Positions 9,363 through 19,303 of a DNA stretch of 64,000 nt are shown piece by piece. Positions within the stretch are counted from its first letter, which is position 1; the number at the start of each line of letters is the position of its first letter. The position numbers were made by a program, and so were the translations under genes. The notes beneath the pieces are model-generated. The model ran no database searches. It worked only from the letters and a program-made list of their open reading frames with translations, and had not been told where the DNA came from. Origin of the DNA: a virus (lineage: Duplodnaviria > Caudoviricetes). The stretch covers positions 1-64,000 of the IMG/VR virus record IMGVR_UViG_3300013121_000022. One strand, 5' to 3'.

Positions 9363-12300
9363 ATGACATTCTACGATCCACTAACAAGCATTTTACGAAG
9401 CAAAATCAAAAAGCACTTACGCGGTACACAATTCGACCATGATCAATCTTCACATGGAGGCGGACAGATTGGACACGTATCAACGCCTGCCGTTTCCTCA
9501 GCGCCTGCCAGTGGCAAGGGGAATAAGCGATCTATTCCATATCCAGTCAAGCCAACAGTCTTGTCGAGTGTAACTCCGCAAGTAACACTAAGTGGTGTCG
9601 CAGCTAGTAACGTTCCGTTTTCTCCAGCTACACAACCATTGCCAGTCTTTACAGGCAAACCGGGATCGAAATCCAACGAAGCATTTGATTCACTGGCGAA
9701 AATTCAAAACGAAATTAATCAAGCAGTGGCGAACGGAACTCCGCCCAACATGACTAACATTCGTCAATTTACTCGTGAATTCAATAAAGCACGAATGAAC
9801 TTGACTACCTATTACACCGACAAGAAGCGACAGGCCAAGTGGTTGGCCGCAAACCCGGGACAGTCGCTTCCCAATCCGTTGTCGGTTGGTTGGGCAAATA
9901 TGCCGACAGAAGTTATTGGGCCACGTGAGCACTACTCAATGCTGTTAGATGATTTGCAGGCCGCAATAGGTCAAGGCAAACAGGTTTGGTTGGTCAGAGA
10001 ATTTGGAAATCAAGTTCCGCCAGTTATCCCCGGAATGGCAAATGCAGTAGGCACACCAGTCAACACAACTCCATTTGAACCCTGGAAATATGATGTTCCT
10101 CAGTTCATCAACACTTCACGCGCCACATCAATGAACGCGTACAATGCACTCGGAACAATGCAACACGAAATCAATAAAGCGGCGGCGAGTGGACAAGCTA
10201 TTGACGCGGCAATTTATAAGGACATGCGAACCGAAGCGGCAACCAATCTCAAAAACATGAAATGGATTGCTCAAAAGTTGACAACTCAAGAGGCGAACGG
10301 AACATCAAAAGTTAATCCAAACTGGAATGCCAAGATCGCCACAGACAGTTACAATCACTATAACAAAATTCTCAACATTCTCGATCAAGCGGCATTGTAT
10401 GATTCGTCTTCCGATTCATTTGGTGGGCCTCCACAACTTGTATGGGCAGTCTATGAATTTGGAGAGGGAATCGATCTGCCAAACATTCCGGGTCTTGATA
10501 TTGGGCAAACCCAACGTCCGCCAACTGGACTTTCGGTAACGTTTGCGGCTAATACGCCAACTCCCCCGCAATCTGCTCCAGCTACAGCATCGCCTCAGTC
10601 AACCATCGATCTTCGTAAGTGGGGAGGAATTAAGCCTCAGAAAGAAGTATTCTTGACTCCGGGCGTTGCCAATCCGCTAAACGGAAAATTCACTCCCGAT
10701 CCACGTGCCTATACAGAAGCGCAAGCAGCTCCCGATCTTGATCATTCGGCGGCATTTGATATGCACTATGAAGGGCCAACTGGTGAAATTGTCACGATGT
10801 ATCATGGCGTTTCCAGTGGGTTAACTTCTGCGTTAAAAAATGGAGTTCGCGCAGGCGATCCAGCTGGAAACAATGTGTCGGGATATGGTATCTATACAAC
10901 TAATTCAGTGAGTACAGCGCGGGGATATACCGGAACTGGATCGGATGGCGGAATGCTTGCGCTTGAAGTACACACAGGGCGCACTATTCATATCAACGAT
11001 TTGCGTCGAAATATTCTTCCAGCATGGAGAACACAAAATCCAAATCGAGCATCCAAAATGCACTCCAGCGAACAAGAGCGACAGGCCGCAATGGACGCGG
11101 GTTACTCTACGATTGCATGGAGCTATTCTGGAGGAAGTGAAACAACTTTAATTGTCCTTGATCCAGCACGAGCGCGAATACTTGGGGTTTATGATTCATC
11201 TTCTAATCCACAAACAGTCAAAGACTACACCGATCAAATACTCAATCAACCCGCTAGTTTTGTATCACCTAAATTACCGAAAAGTACATTAGCAACACCA
11301 CAAACTATTGGGTATCGTAAGAGTCCGTCTACAGCGCAAACATATGCACGAAACACTAATGTTGATGCCCCGCCCGGGATACCGCTAAGTGACAAAGCAT
11401 ATCAAGAACTACAAGAATTAGCTAAAGCGCGACAAAACAACCCAAGCTTGCAATCGGCATTCAAATCCAATATTGCGGCAGCTCGATCATTGATAAGCAA
11501 TCTTGTACCCATTCGTACCATGCCAGATACAGCTATTCTTGAAAATATGATTCGAGCAGGAGGGTTGTGGGCTAGAGATTCTATGCCAGCGGTTGCCAGT
11601 GCTTTACGCGCCTCTGGAGATAAGAATGCAATCTCTGCCGCCGATACATTAGACAAGGTTTACAACTCGCCATTATTTAATCCATCGGATGCTCAACTTG
11701 GATTGACTAAAGTTGCTCAATTAGCATATGGGCCACCCATGCGTAACGCCAGAATGTCAGGATATGGAAACATTACATTGGTCGGAAAAAAGGGCTTGCT
11801 TCAAAAGCCGGGCGTTAAAGGCAATACAACATCAGTGTCAGCTTATGGAGGCGGACAAGCAGGAGCAACTATCGATAAACAAGCTTTCGATGATCACGTA
11901 CACGACACCAATTCATTCAAAGAGGTTATGGCGCAACGACTTGCTATGGGCATGATTCAACCTTTCGTAAGTAGTAATGGAAAAATTGACGAACTCCATA
12001 CACCAAAAAGCGGAAAAATTCTATCGCCCGACGATTATATTAGTCAAGCACCAATGTTTACATCCGAAACTCCAGAAGTATACGTCCCGGGTGGAGTGGC
12101 TATGTCGGAATTTAGTCACCTGTTAATTGAAAAGGGTACGCAACACATGATTGATACTCCGGCCAAACCAGCAGTTCCAGAAAAAACAGCACCAACATTA
12201 ACACGTGATAATCAAGGAACTATCGAAACGATGGTTGCCGATAAATATGTTTCCTTTGAATCGCAAGCAACTATTACAGATCGTCAAGGTAACACCCGCG

Positions 12301-12674
12301 CCGGAAAATTGTGGGATGCAAATAACAATCGGCCAATGACTGATGCGGAAATTGAAAAGAATGCAACTGCCGAGTGGTGGAGTGGGCCAACTCGTAACCA
12401 GATGAAACAAATTAAAACTCCGATGAAAAAGATCAACGGTGTATGGGAATTTGTAACTCAACAAGCCGAATCCGCAAAACCTGCATCTAAAACGCCAACT
12501 GATGCCGTTGCGTATTTCACCAAATTGTTTAGTGACCTTAATATTGATATTCAAATTATTGAAACCGATCCTAATGCACCCAATATGCACTCAGCTTATG
12601 CATCACGATATGGCGGATATGGAAATACACCGTATGAAGATATTATGTACGCACGAGCAGGATTAAATAACTAA
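9363..12674 (+). CDS. tagged multidomain cargo protein with two ADP-ribosyltransferase-like domains
   Basis: Start refined to ATG 9363; tag KHLRGTQFDHDQSSHG at 9411; MYHG...GYGIYTT...ARGY...AGY...LIVLDP (PARP/ART-PolyVal-like); MIRAGGLWAR...YGNITLV...PEVYVPGGV (DarT/DUF3626-like, weaker). Confidence 0.6.
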   Translation: MTFYDPLTSILRSKIKKHLRGTQFDHDQSSHGGGQIGHVSTPAVSSAPASGKGNKRSIPYPVKPTVLSSVTPQVTLSGVAASNVPFSPATQPLPVFTGKPGSKSNEAFDSLAKIQNEINQAVANGTPPNMTNIRQFTREFNKARMNLTTYYTDKKRQAKWLAANPGQSLPNPLSVGWANMPTEVIGPREHYSMLLDDLQAAIGQGKQVWLVREFGNQVPPVIPGMANAVGTPVNTTPFEPWKYDVPQFINTSRATSMNAYNALGTMQHEINKAAASGQAIDAAIYKDMRTEAATNLKNMKWIAQKLTTQEANGTSKVNPNWNAKIATDSYNHYNKILNILDQAALYDSSSDSFGGPPQLVWAVYEFGEGIDLPNIPGLDIGQTQRPPTGLSVTFAANTPTPPQSAPATASPQSTIDLRKWGGIKPQKEVFLTPGVANPLNGKFTPDPRAYTEAQAAPDLDHSAAFDMHYEGPTGEIVTMYHGVSSGLTSALKNGVRAGDPAGNNVSGYGIYTTNSVSTARGYTGTGSDGGMLALEVHTGRTIHINDLRRNILPAWRTQNPNRASKMHSSEQERQAAMDAGYSTIAWSYSGGSETTLIVLDPARARILGVYDSSSNPQTVKDYTDQILNQPASFVSPKLPKSTLATPQTIGYRKSPSTAQTYARNTNVDAPPGIPLSDKAYQELQELAKARQNNPSLQSAFKSNIAAARSLISNLVPIRTMPDTAILENMIRAGGLWARDSMPAVASALRASGDKNAISAADTLDKVYNSPLFNPSDAQLGLTKVAQLAYGPPMRNARMSGYGNITLVGKKGLLQKPGVKGNTTSVSAYGGGQAGATIDKQAFDDHVHDTNSFKEVMAQRLAMGMIQPFVSSNGKIDELHTPKSGKILSPDDYISQAPMFTSETPEVYVPGGVAMSEFSHLLIEKGTQHMIDTPAKPAVPEKTAPTLTRDNQGTIETMVADKYVSFESQATITDRQGNTRAGKLWDANNNRPMTDAEIEKNATAEWWSGPTRNQMKQIKTPMKKINGVWEFVTQQAESAKPASKTPTDAVAYFTKLFSDLNIDIQIIETDPNAPNMHSAYASRYGGYGNTPYEDIMYARAGLNN

Positions 12675-14701
12675 TGTACAAACTCGCCACAATCACAGAT
12701 GGTAATAAAACCATACAGGTTCAAATTAATATTTGTAGCACTTGTCGATTTTTTATCGATCCGCCAATGATGCCGCCAAACACTGAACGTCGATGCGCCA
12801 GACCCGCGATTACTCAGGATGGATATATGCATTACATTGCGTATGGCGGATGTCCAGAGTGGCAAGCAGGTGTTCCAATTGGTCATGATTTACCCGAAAA
12901 ACCTATATGGTTAACCATGCTTGAACGAGCGGGACTATCCGATGGTCTTGGTGTACACGGTGTATCAGTCACAATTGACTCGAATCCGTCCAATGGCGAT
13001 CAAGATCACGACTCGCAATATGATTTGCCGAGCGAATATGCACAAGCAAATAAACCAAAAGGTAATCTATTCAAGGCCGTGAAAGATAAACTATTAAAAC
13101 ACGATCATAAAAACGGAGCTCCCCAATCTGTTCACGATCCAACAAAGGGAGTATCAAAATTTAAGATTGGTGAAGATGTAATTCACGCTGTGTATGGCAA
13201 GGCCAATATCGTAAACATTTTTCAGAATGGCCGAGCAATGATTCGCTATACTGCCAGCGATGGAAGCGATGATTACAAAGCGGTAGACGCCAGCGAGCTC
13301 AAGTCTCAATACCAAACACAATACACTAACACGCCTGCTATTCCAAAATTTCCGCCAAAACAAAACAATCTGTTTGGTCATTCGTGGGCGGCGCTAAATC
13401 CCGATCCAAATATGAACAAGCCAAGTAAACGGGACATTCCGGGAAAGAAACCTGACTCGATCACTCAAATCGGAAAGTCAAAAAATGTTTACAAGGTATC
13501 ATTGGAAGGAAAAGACTATATTTACAAGCCCCGCTATGAGGAAGATGACGTTAAGGGAGATCATTACGCCGATTCTAACTTGTGGCAACGCGAAATTGCG
13601 GCTTACGAAATAGATCGAGCACTTGGTTTAGGAATCGTTCCCAAAACAATCAAAGAATCTATTGCCGGAAAAGGGCCGGGTTCGCTTGCCGAAGTTGTCT
13701 CTGGCTTTACACCCGCTCAAACAGGTGACAACACGCTTATCGATAATGGAGAAAGTTTTGCGGTCTTGGATGCACTTACATTACAAAGCGGACGCGAATG
13801 GGGATGGGGTAAAGTTGGCACTCATGGATACGCTACCGGAAATGGTCAGTCGTTTCTGAGAGCTTCACAAGATGAAAAAGGGAGAGGTTCGCCCTTTCAA
13901 AAGAAATACGCCGGACAACCAATTCCCGACGCAATTTTGACTAAGCTCCGATCACTTACCAACGAGCAATTCAACGGATTCATTCCGGCCAGCGTCGATC
14001 CAAACATCAAAGAACAAGCAAACCTGAATTTCACCTACATGCGAGATACCGGACTGATTCCGCCTCCATTATCTGGCAAGTGGTGGTTAGACCCGGGAAA
14101 GAAATTGGATGCATATATCTCAACATTTAAGCAACCATTTGCCGATGCAATGCAAAAACTTAAATCGGTATTACCCAACGCCCAAGTAGACGGAAGACTT
14201 AAAACAGTCGACTCGCTTGTAAGAGATTCAAAACATCTGAAAGTCGATCCACTTAAATTAGGTGATGTTGCTGGTACGCGGGTTATTGTCGAAGACTTTG
14301 ATGCACAAAAAGATGCGGCCAAAAAAATCCGCTCAGCGTTCAATATTACGGTGGATCGATCTCTTGGATTAAAGGGTGCAGGATCACCAACAGAGATCGA
14401 TTACAAGGACAGCGCCGGATACAAAGCTATTCACATGATCGCCAGAGATGGAGATGGAACAAAACCAGTCGAAATTCAAATCAGAACCAAGCGACAAAAT
14501 GTATTGGGCGAATACATGCACGATGTCTTTATGTATCCTGAATTCGAGACGGATAAAGCATTTAATGATTATGTTCAATCAATGGGAGATCATTATTATC
14601 GACTTGATCAAGGATTACAATCGACTTCGCCTAAAGCCCCGCCAATTGCCAAGAAATACCCGAAAGGCGAATTGCCGGACGATCCACTTAATACAAAATG
14701 A
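12674..14701 (+). CDS. tagged cargo: Cys-rich N-term, degenerate HipA/PI3K-like kinase, RelA/SpoT small alarmone synthetase
   Basis: Variant tag KHDHKNGAPQSVHDP at 13097; YKP...REIAAYEIDRALGLGIVPKT; GRLKT..S...DVAGTRVI...GYKAIH...EIQIRT. Confidence 0.8.
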   Translation: MYKLATITDGNKTIQVQINICSTCRFFIDPPMMPPNTERRCARPAITQDGYMHYIAYGGCPEWQAGVPIGHDLPEKPIWLTMLERAGLSDGLGVHGVSVTIDSNPSNGDQDHDSQYDLPSEYAQANKPKGNLFKAVKDKLLKHDHKNGAPQSVHDPTKGVSKFKIGEDVIHAVYGKANIVNIFQNGRAMIRYTASDGSDDYKAVDASELKSQYQTQYTNTPAIPKFPPKQNNLFGHSWAALNPDPNMNKPSKRDIPGKKPDSITQIGKSKNVYKVSLEGKDYIYKPRYEEDDVKGDHYADSNLWQREIAAYEIDRALGLGIVPKTIKESIAGKGPGSLAEVVSGFTPAQTGDNTLIDNGESFAVLDALTLQSGREWGWGKVGTHGYATGNGQSFLRASQDEKGRGSPFQKKYAGQPIPDAILTKLRSLTNEQFNGFIPASVDPNIKEQANLNFTYMRDTGLIPPPLSGKWWLDPGKKLDAYISTFKQPFADAMQKLKSVLPNAQVDGRLKTVDSLVRDSKHLKVDPLKLGDVAGTRVIVEDFDAQKDAAKKIRSAFNITVDRSLGLKGAGSPTEIDYKDSAGYKAIHMIARDGDGTKPVEIQIRTKRQNVLGEYMHDVFMYPEFETDKAFNDYVQSMGDHYYRLDQGLQSTSPKAPPIAKKYPKGELPDDPLNTK

Positions 14702-15381
14702 TGCGATCTAAAGTATTGCTTGCTCTAAATAAACACAATCCCGGAGAACATGATCAACTTACTCACGGCAACCGATCTGCGCCTATGGGACGAAACATAG
14801 AATTCGGACGCGGAGTTGACGAAGAAAAAATATGGCTCAACCCCGAACCATACACAACTAGCGGCGAAGAATCGGATGCGGGATCATGGGGAACAAATCT
14901 TGGGTTTGAACCGCCCACATACTCAAGTAAACAATTGGAGTCTCTGGCGATTTATCAGGGCGCATACTATAGAGGAATAAATGCATCACTTCGCAACAAT
15001 ACGCCAACAACTTACAAGCCATTTATCGATGCGATAGACTCAATGATGCTTGCAACTTCTGAACCAATAACGGTGTACAGAGGATTGTTGCTACAGGATA
15101 AGGCACAGCGCGAAAATTTCAAAAAAGGAAAAAGATTTACGGATAGAGGATATTCGTCAACCAGCATTAACAAAAGAGTCGCTCAAAAGTTTGCTCCGCC
15201 CGAAAATCCACGTAGCTTGACTATGAAAATTCATGTTCCCAAAAAAGCAAAAGCACTGCCAGCGTTCCTTATCAAGAACGTCATGAATGAAGACGAAATT
15301 ATCTTGTCCCGAAACACCACTTACGAAGTCATCAGCGATATTGATGCTGACGGACAATTTGAGGTCAAGGTAGTATCATGA
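14698..15381 (+). CDS. tagged cargo: VIP2/C3-type (R-S-E) ADP-ribosyltransferase
   Basis: Tag KHNPGEHDQLTHG at 14731; YRGINASLR, VYRG, YSSTS, EDEIIL (ExE). Confidence 0.88.
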   Translation: MMRSKVLLALNKHNPGEHDQLTHGNRSAPMGRNIEFGRGVDEEKIWLNPEPYTTSGEESDAGSWGTNLGFEPPTYSSKQLESLAIYQGAYYRGINASLRNNTPTTYKPFIDAIDSMMLATSEPITVYRGLLLQDKAQRENFKKGKRFTDRGYSSTSINKRVAQKFAPPENPRSLTMKIHVPKKAKALPAFLIKNVMNEDEIILSRNTTYEVISDIDADGQFEVKVVS

Positions 15382-16226
15382 TTAACGATAGATTTGTAGT
15401 AAAGGCCGACGATCTGGAATTTGAAACAACCAAACATTTAGGGCCACACAATCACCCGAATGGTACACCCCAATCTGTACATGGCAATCATGGGGATTTG
15501 AAAATAATTGATTCTACAGAGGCCAAAAAACAGGTTGAGAATTTTATGAAAACCGTTCCGGCGGAAACCATGAAAGAAATCAATGCCGTTCGAGATCGAG
15601 TGCGCTTTGGAATGACAACTACTGCAACCCACAGAAATCCAGTCACACGCGAGTGGTATCCAGACCGATCTGCATTACATGAAAAAATAATCGAATCGTT
15701 TTTTGAGGGCAAACAACCAGTCGAAAATCCAGAAATGATTTTTTTGGGAGGTTTACCCGGAAGCGGAAAAACAAGCGCAATGCGCGGACGGATGGATAAT
15801 TACGTAGTTTTAGATGCTGATGAAGTTAAAAAACAATTGCCCGAATATGAGGGTTGGAACGCTCCATTGCTACACGGCGAATCGGCCATTCTCGCTCAAA
15901 TGGTTTTTGATAAAGCTATTCAAGGCGGATATAATATAGTCAATGATGGCACACTGCGAAACAAAGACCTTGCCCTAGATTTATTGACACAGGCAAAACA
16001 AGCAGGCTATTCGACAAAAATTGTATTCGTAGGTGCAACAATCAAAACCGCCCTATCCAGAATGCTTAAGCGATTCAAGGAAACATCGCGCTTTATCGAT
16101 CCGGCATTTTATGTTGCAGTCGCTGGTAATCCAGCGAAAACATTTCACACAATCAAGGACATGGCCGACGCATATGAAGTATGGGACAATAATGGCGACA
16201 AGCCTACACTCATGGAGTCGACATGA
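15378..16226 (+). CDS. tagged cargo: zeta toxin-family P-loop kinase
   Basis: Variant tag KHLGPHNHPNGTPQSVHG at 15432; GGLPGSGKTS, LDADEVKKQLPEY, HGES, NIVNDGT. Confidence 0.88.
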   Translation: MINDRFVVKADDLEFETTKHLGPHNHPNGTPQSVHGNHGDLKIIDSTEAKKQVENFMKTVPAETMKEINAVRDRVRFGMTTTATHRNPVTREWYPDRSALHEKIIESFFEGKQPVENPEMIFLGGLPGSGKTSAMRGRMDNYVVLDADEVKKQLPEYEGWNAPLLHGESAILAQMVFDKAIQGGYNIVNDGTLRNKDLALDLLTQAKQAGYSTKIVFVGATIKTALSRMLKRFKETSRFIDPAFYVAVAGNPAKTFHTIKDMADAYEVWDNNGDKPTLMEST

Positions 16227-16609
16227 CCTACGATCTAAGTTTTAATACTGAACCAGATGATATTCCCTTACAGGAAAACTATCTGCAAGCACTAAGGAGT
16301 CATAACATGACAACAAACATCAAAGATTCCTCTGTAGTCCGAAGGTTACAGAGCATCGAACCCAAGCAAGAAGATTTATCAAAAAGCGTTCTGCTTAACG
16401 AGAATGAAATGATTTTGAGAGGCGAACACGTGGAAGTGTCCGCCAAAGACAATCACGCTCAACACATTGCTTCACACCTATCCATCAAAGGCCAAGTTCT
16501 ATCGAAAACATTGCGCGGATCAATGTCCAGTGATATTTTAGAAGCACTTGAACATCACATTGAAATGCACAAAGCGGCAAAGCAAGGTCAAGACCCAAAA
16601 AAAGTGTAA
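16223..16609 (+). CDS. hypothetical protein; may extend by -1 frameshift to 16950
   Basis: GGAG RBS, ATGA overlap; ends at a slippery A-run plus hairpin. Confidence 0.7.
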   Translation: MTYDLSFNTEPDDIPLQENYLQALRSHNMTTNIKDSSVVRRLQSIEPKQEDLSKSVLLNENEMILRGEHVEVSAKDNHAQHIASHLSIKGQVLSKTLRGSMSSDILEALEHHIEMHKAAKQGQDPKKV

Positions 16610-16701
16610 CTCCCTTAGATAGTAAGGGAGAGTCAAACACCAAGATAAAGGGCAACAGCAACACAACGGGAGCGGTTACAGCTGCGCCAAGCGATGCTTT
16701 A

Positions 16702-16950
16702 TTGCAATCGATTTATGATAAATACGCCAGAGTATATTCCGGCAAACTAATTGCGGCAGCTATCAAATCGTGGAAAGAAGGCGACTTTGAATCGGCGGAA
16801 TACAATTTTCAAAAATCACGCGATGGTTTTCAACGCGCCAAAAATCCGACTGAATGGAATGCCCTAGAAGCATGGCGTATTGCGGCTGAAAAGAAAATCG
16901 CAGGACAAACTGGCGAAAACAAAAATGAATCTGAGAACGAACAAGGGTAG
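16702..16950 (+). CDS. hypothetical helical domain; possible frameshift extension of 16223-16609
   Basis: Frame is open back to 16564; only a TTG start without a clear RBS. Confidence 0.5.
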   Translation: MQSIYDKYARVYSGKLIAAAIKSWKEGDFESAEYNFQKSRDGFQRAKNPTEWNALEAWRIAAEKKIAGQTGENKNESENEQG

Positions 16951-18028
16951 TGATCTGCGCCGATCAATTGAATACGTCTTGCAAAAGCACTTACCCGGTA
17001 AACACGATCAAAGCACTCACGGCAGAAGATCGAATGCTTCTGCCGAATCGGATGGGGTTGGCGGAGGCGGATCGCCGCTGGACTTTGAAGATCATGTCAT
17101 TCGCATTGAAACTGGAAGACATATTGAAAAAGTTACTCTTAAAAACGGCGAAACACGCGACAAGGAAATAATTGATTTTGATTATCAGCACAGTGCGGGA
17201 TCGAAATTAGATTCCAAGACCCTGCAACGGATCAAATCAGTCAAAGTTCCGCCCGGTGTGACCAACGTTCAAATTAGTCTCGATCCAAACGCCATGCTTC
17301 AAGCGGTATGGCAAGACAGCAAAGGTCGTGATGTGTATTTGTACTCGAAAGAACACGCTCGACAAGCGGCGGCTGAGAAATTTGAACGACTCAAAGACTT
17401 CAACGATGCTTTGCCGCAAATTCGCAAAACAATCGAATCAACTCTTTACGACAAAAACGCCGATCCCGAAACAAGAGATGTGGCCGCAGTGTTGTACTTA
17501 ATTGATAAGACTGGATTTAGAGTCGGATCGGATACAGATACGAAAGCGGAAAAGCAGGCATATGGCGCGTCAACACTATTAGGAAAACACGTCAAGGTTG
17601 ATGGGGACTCGGTTATATTTGACTTTGTGGGTAAAAAAGGCGTTGACATTCACAAACGCATTACCGATCCGATTATTGCCGACATTATTTCAACACGCAA
17701 AACAAAGAACTGGAGTCAAAAACTATTTCAGGTGTCCGATGATCAAGTTAGGACATTTCTAAAGCAGTTTGGTGATTTCAAGGTAAAAGATTTCAGAACA
17801 TGGAACGGAACAAACAAAGCACTTGAAGAACTCGCCAAAGTCAAGCGTAAGCCAAAGTCAGAATCTGAATTCAAAAAAGTCCAGCGAAAGATTGCGGACG
17901 CAGTAGCCAAGCACTTGGGAAACACTGCGTCAGTTTGTTTATCGGCCTATATCGATCCGTCGATTTGGGGAAGAATTCGCAAAGAAGAATGGGGCGCATA
18001 TGTCCCGCCAAGTCTCAAGGGCGACTAA
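16925..18028 (+). CDS. tagged cargo: type IB DNA topoisomerase
   Basis: Tag KHLPGKHDQSTHG at 16985; QAVWQDSKGR..YLY, GFRVG, FVGKKG, KDFRTW, LGNTASVCLSAYIDP (catalytic R,K,R,N,Y); start uncertain. Confidence 0.92.
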   Translation: MNLRTNKGSDLRRSIEYVLQKHLPGKHDQSTHGRRSNASAESDGVGGGGSPLDFEDHVIRIETGRHIEKVTLKNGETRDKEIIDFDYQHSAGSKLDSKTLQRIKSVKVPPGVTNVQISLDPNAMLQAVWQDSKGRDVYLYSKEHARQAAAEKFERLKDFNDALPQIRKTIESTLYDKNADPETRDVAAVLYLIDKTGFRVGSDTDTKAEKQAYGASTLLGKHVKVDGDSVIFDFVGKKGVDIHKRITDPIIADIISTRKTKNWSQKLFQVSDDQVRTFLKQFGDFKVKDFRTWNGTNKALEELAKVKRKPKSESEFKKVQRKIADAVAKHLGNTASVCLSAYIDPSIWGRIRKEEWGAYVPPSLKGD

Positions 18029-18032
18029 TGCT

Positions 18033-18230
18033 ATGCCTCAAAGCGAAGATCAATTACACGAGATATATGATAGGGCATGGAGTCGTACAATGAAAAAAAG
18101 CATCCTCAAACAAGAAGTTGAAAAGTCAATCAAAGATCAAACTTTGATGGATGACTACTTAGAAACAACCATATACGATGAACCCGCAACGTGGAATGAT
18201 AAAAATTCTGGAGATGATCCTGACGAATGA
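18033..18230 (+). CDS. small hypothetical protein
   Basis: Fills the gap; ATGA overlap with the next gene. Confidence 0.55.
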   Translation: MPQSEDQLHEIYDRAWSRTMKKSILKQEVEKSIKDQTLMDDYLETTIYDEPATWNDKNSGDDPDE

Positions 18231-19303
18231 AAATCAGAGATCGGATTCAAACTTTAATCAAACATCTTCCGGGAACACACAATCAACTCGATCATGGCCG
18301 ACGAAAAAACCAACCCGCTGTCCCCGAAACGTCAAATGTTGATTCGGATAATCAGTCGACTCAAGCCCCCACTCGCGCAAGGACAAACAGAAATCCAACA
18401 CTGGCTCAGGGTGTAACAGAAGAACAAGTCGAACAAAAAATAAAAGAGTGGTACATGAATTTTATGATGGAGGGAAATGAGGCGATTGGCGCACCCCAAG
18501 ACTGGTATGATCGCATGAATGAAATTAATGACGCAGAAAATTCAGATGATCCTGACTACGATCAAATCGAATCGGATCGAGATGAATTATATTCCGAAGC
18601 ATACGATCACTTGATGAAGGCGGCGGCTGACAAGATGTTTGAATTAGTAAATGACCCCGATACTGATTTAAGAATTCGCATCTCTCCAAACAAGCTTCAA
18701 CAATTAGTTGAAGATGGAAAATACAAGACCCTGCACGATGTTGTTGCAGAGCTTGATCCCGACGAAGAAATACCTAGCGATATAAATGGCGGCTGGAAAG
18801 ACAACGGACTTCGGCGCACTGCCGAAGATGGTATGTTGGGAGAAGATTCTGAACCAGTTTATGGATACATTTATCATCCCGAACTTGGTAATTACATGGT
18901 TGATTCAAGTCATACTATTAAAGATAGTCTTGATTCGTATGGTACATTAGATTTGATTCTTAAAGAAGATGTTCGTCAACGATCTACCTTTACAGTTGGC
19001 GATTCTTTGGCAATCAATGCTGATGACAACCTAGAATTTGATCCTAGACTTATTCCGTCTCGACTAGATAATCCGAGCGGACTATCTTTTCCGTTCAAAA
19101 TAGACGACAAACATCAAACCCTTGATCCCGATGTTTTATTTCAAGCAAACAGCGTTGCAGAGTTACAGACATACGTTGAAGCACAGATATTAGGTGGAGT
19201 GAAGCTATCCGATATAAAATCAGTCCTTGTGCGCGATGACAATATATCTAATGAACTAACTCAGCAGCTAATCGATGCTGGTATTGAAGTGGAGTATGAA
19301 TGA
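18227..19303 (+). CDS. tagged cargo: DUF3626-like putative ADP-ribosyltransferase
   Basis: Tag KHLPGTHNQLDHG at 18260; L..LV.DG.YK...R..AE...PVYG...YG...LK..V..R.TFT.GDS...YVEAQI.GGV.L.DI. Confidence 0.7.
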   Translation: MKIRDRIQTLIKHLPGTHNQLDHGRRKNQPAVPETSNVDSDNQSTQAPTRARTNRNPTLAQGVTEEQVEQKIKEWYMNFMMEGNEAIGAPQDWYDRMNEINDAENSDDPDYDQIESDRDELYSEAYDHLMKAAADKMFELVNDPDTDLRIRISPNKLQQLVEDGKYKTLHDVVAELDPDEEIPSDINGGWKDNGLRRTAEDGMLGEDSEPVYGYIYHPELGNYMVDSSHTIKDSLDSYGTLDLILKEDVRQRSTFTVGDSLAINADDNLEFDPRLIPSRLDNPSGLSFPFKIDDKHQTLDPDVLFQANSVAELQTYVEAQILGGVKLSDIKSVLVRDDNISNELTQQLIDAGIEVEYE

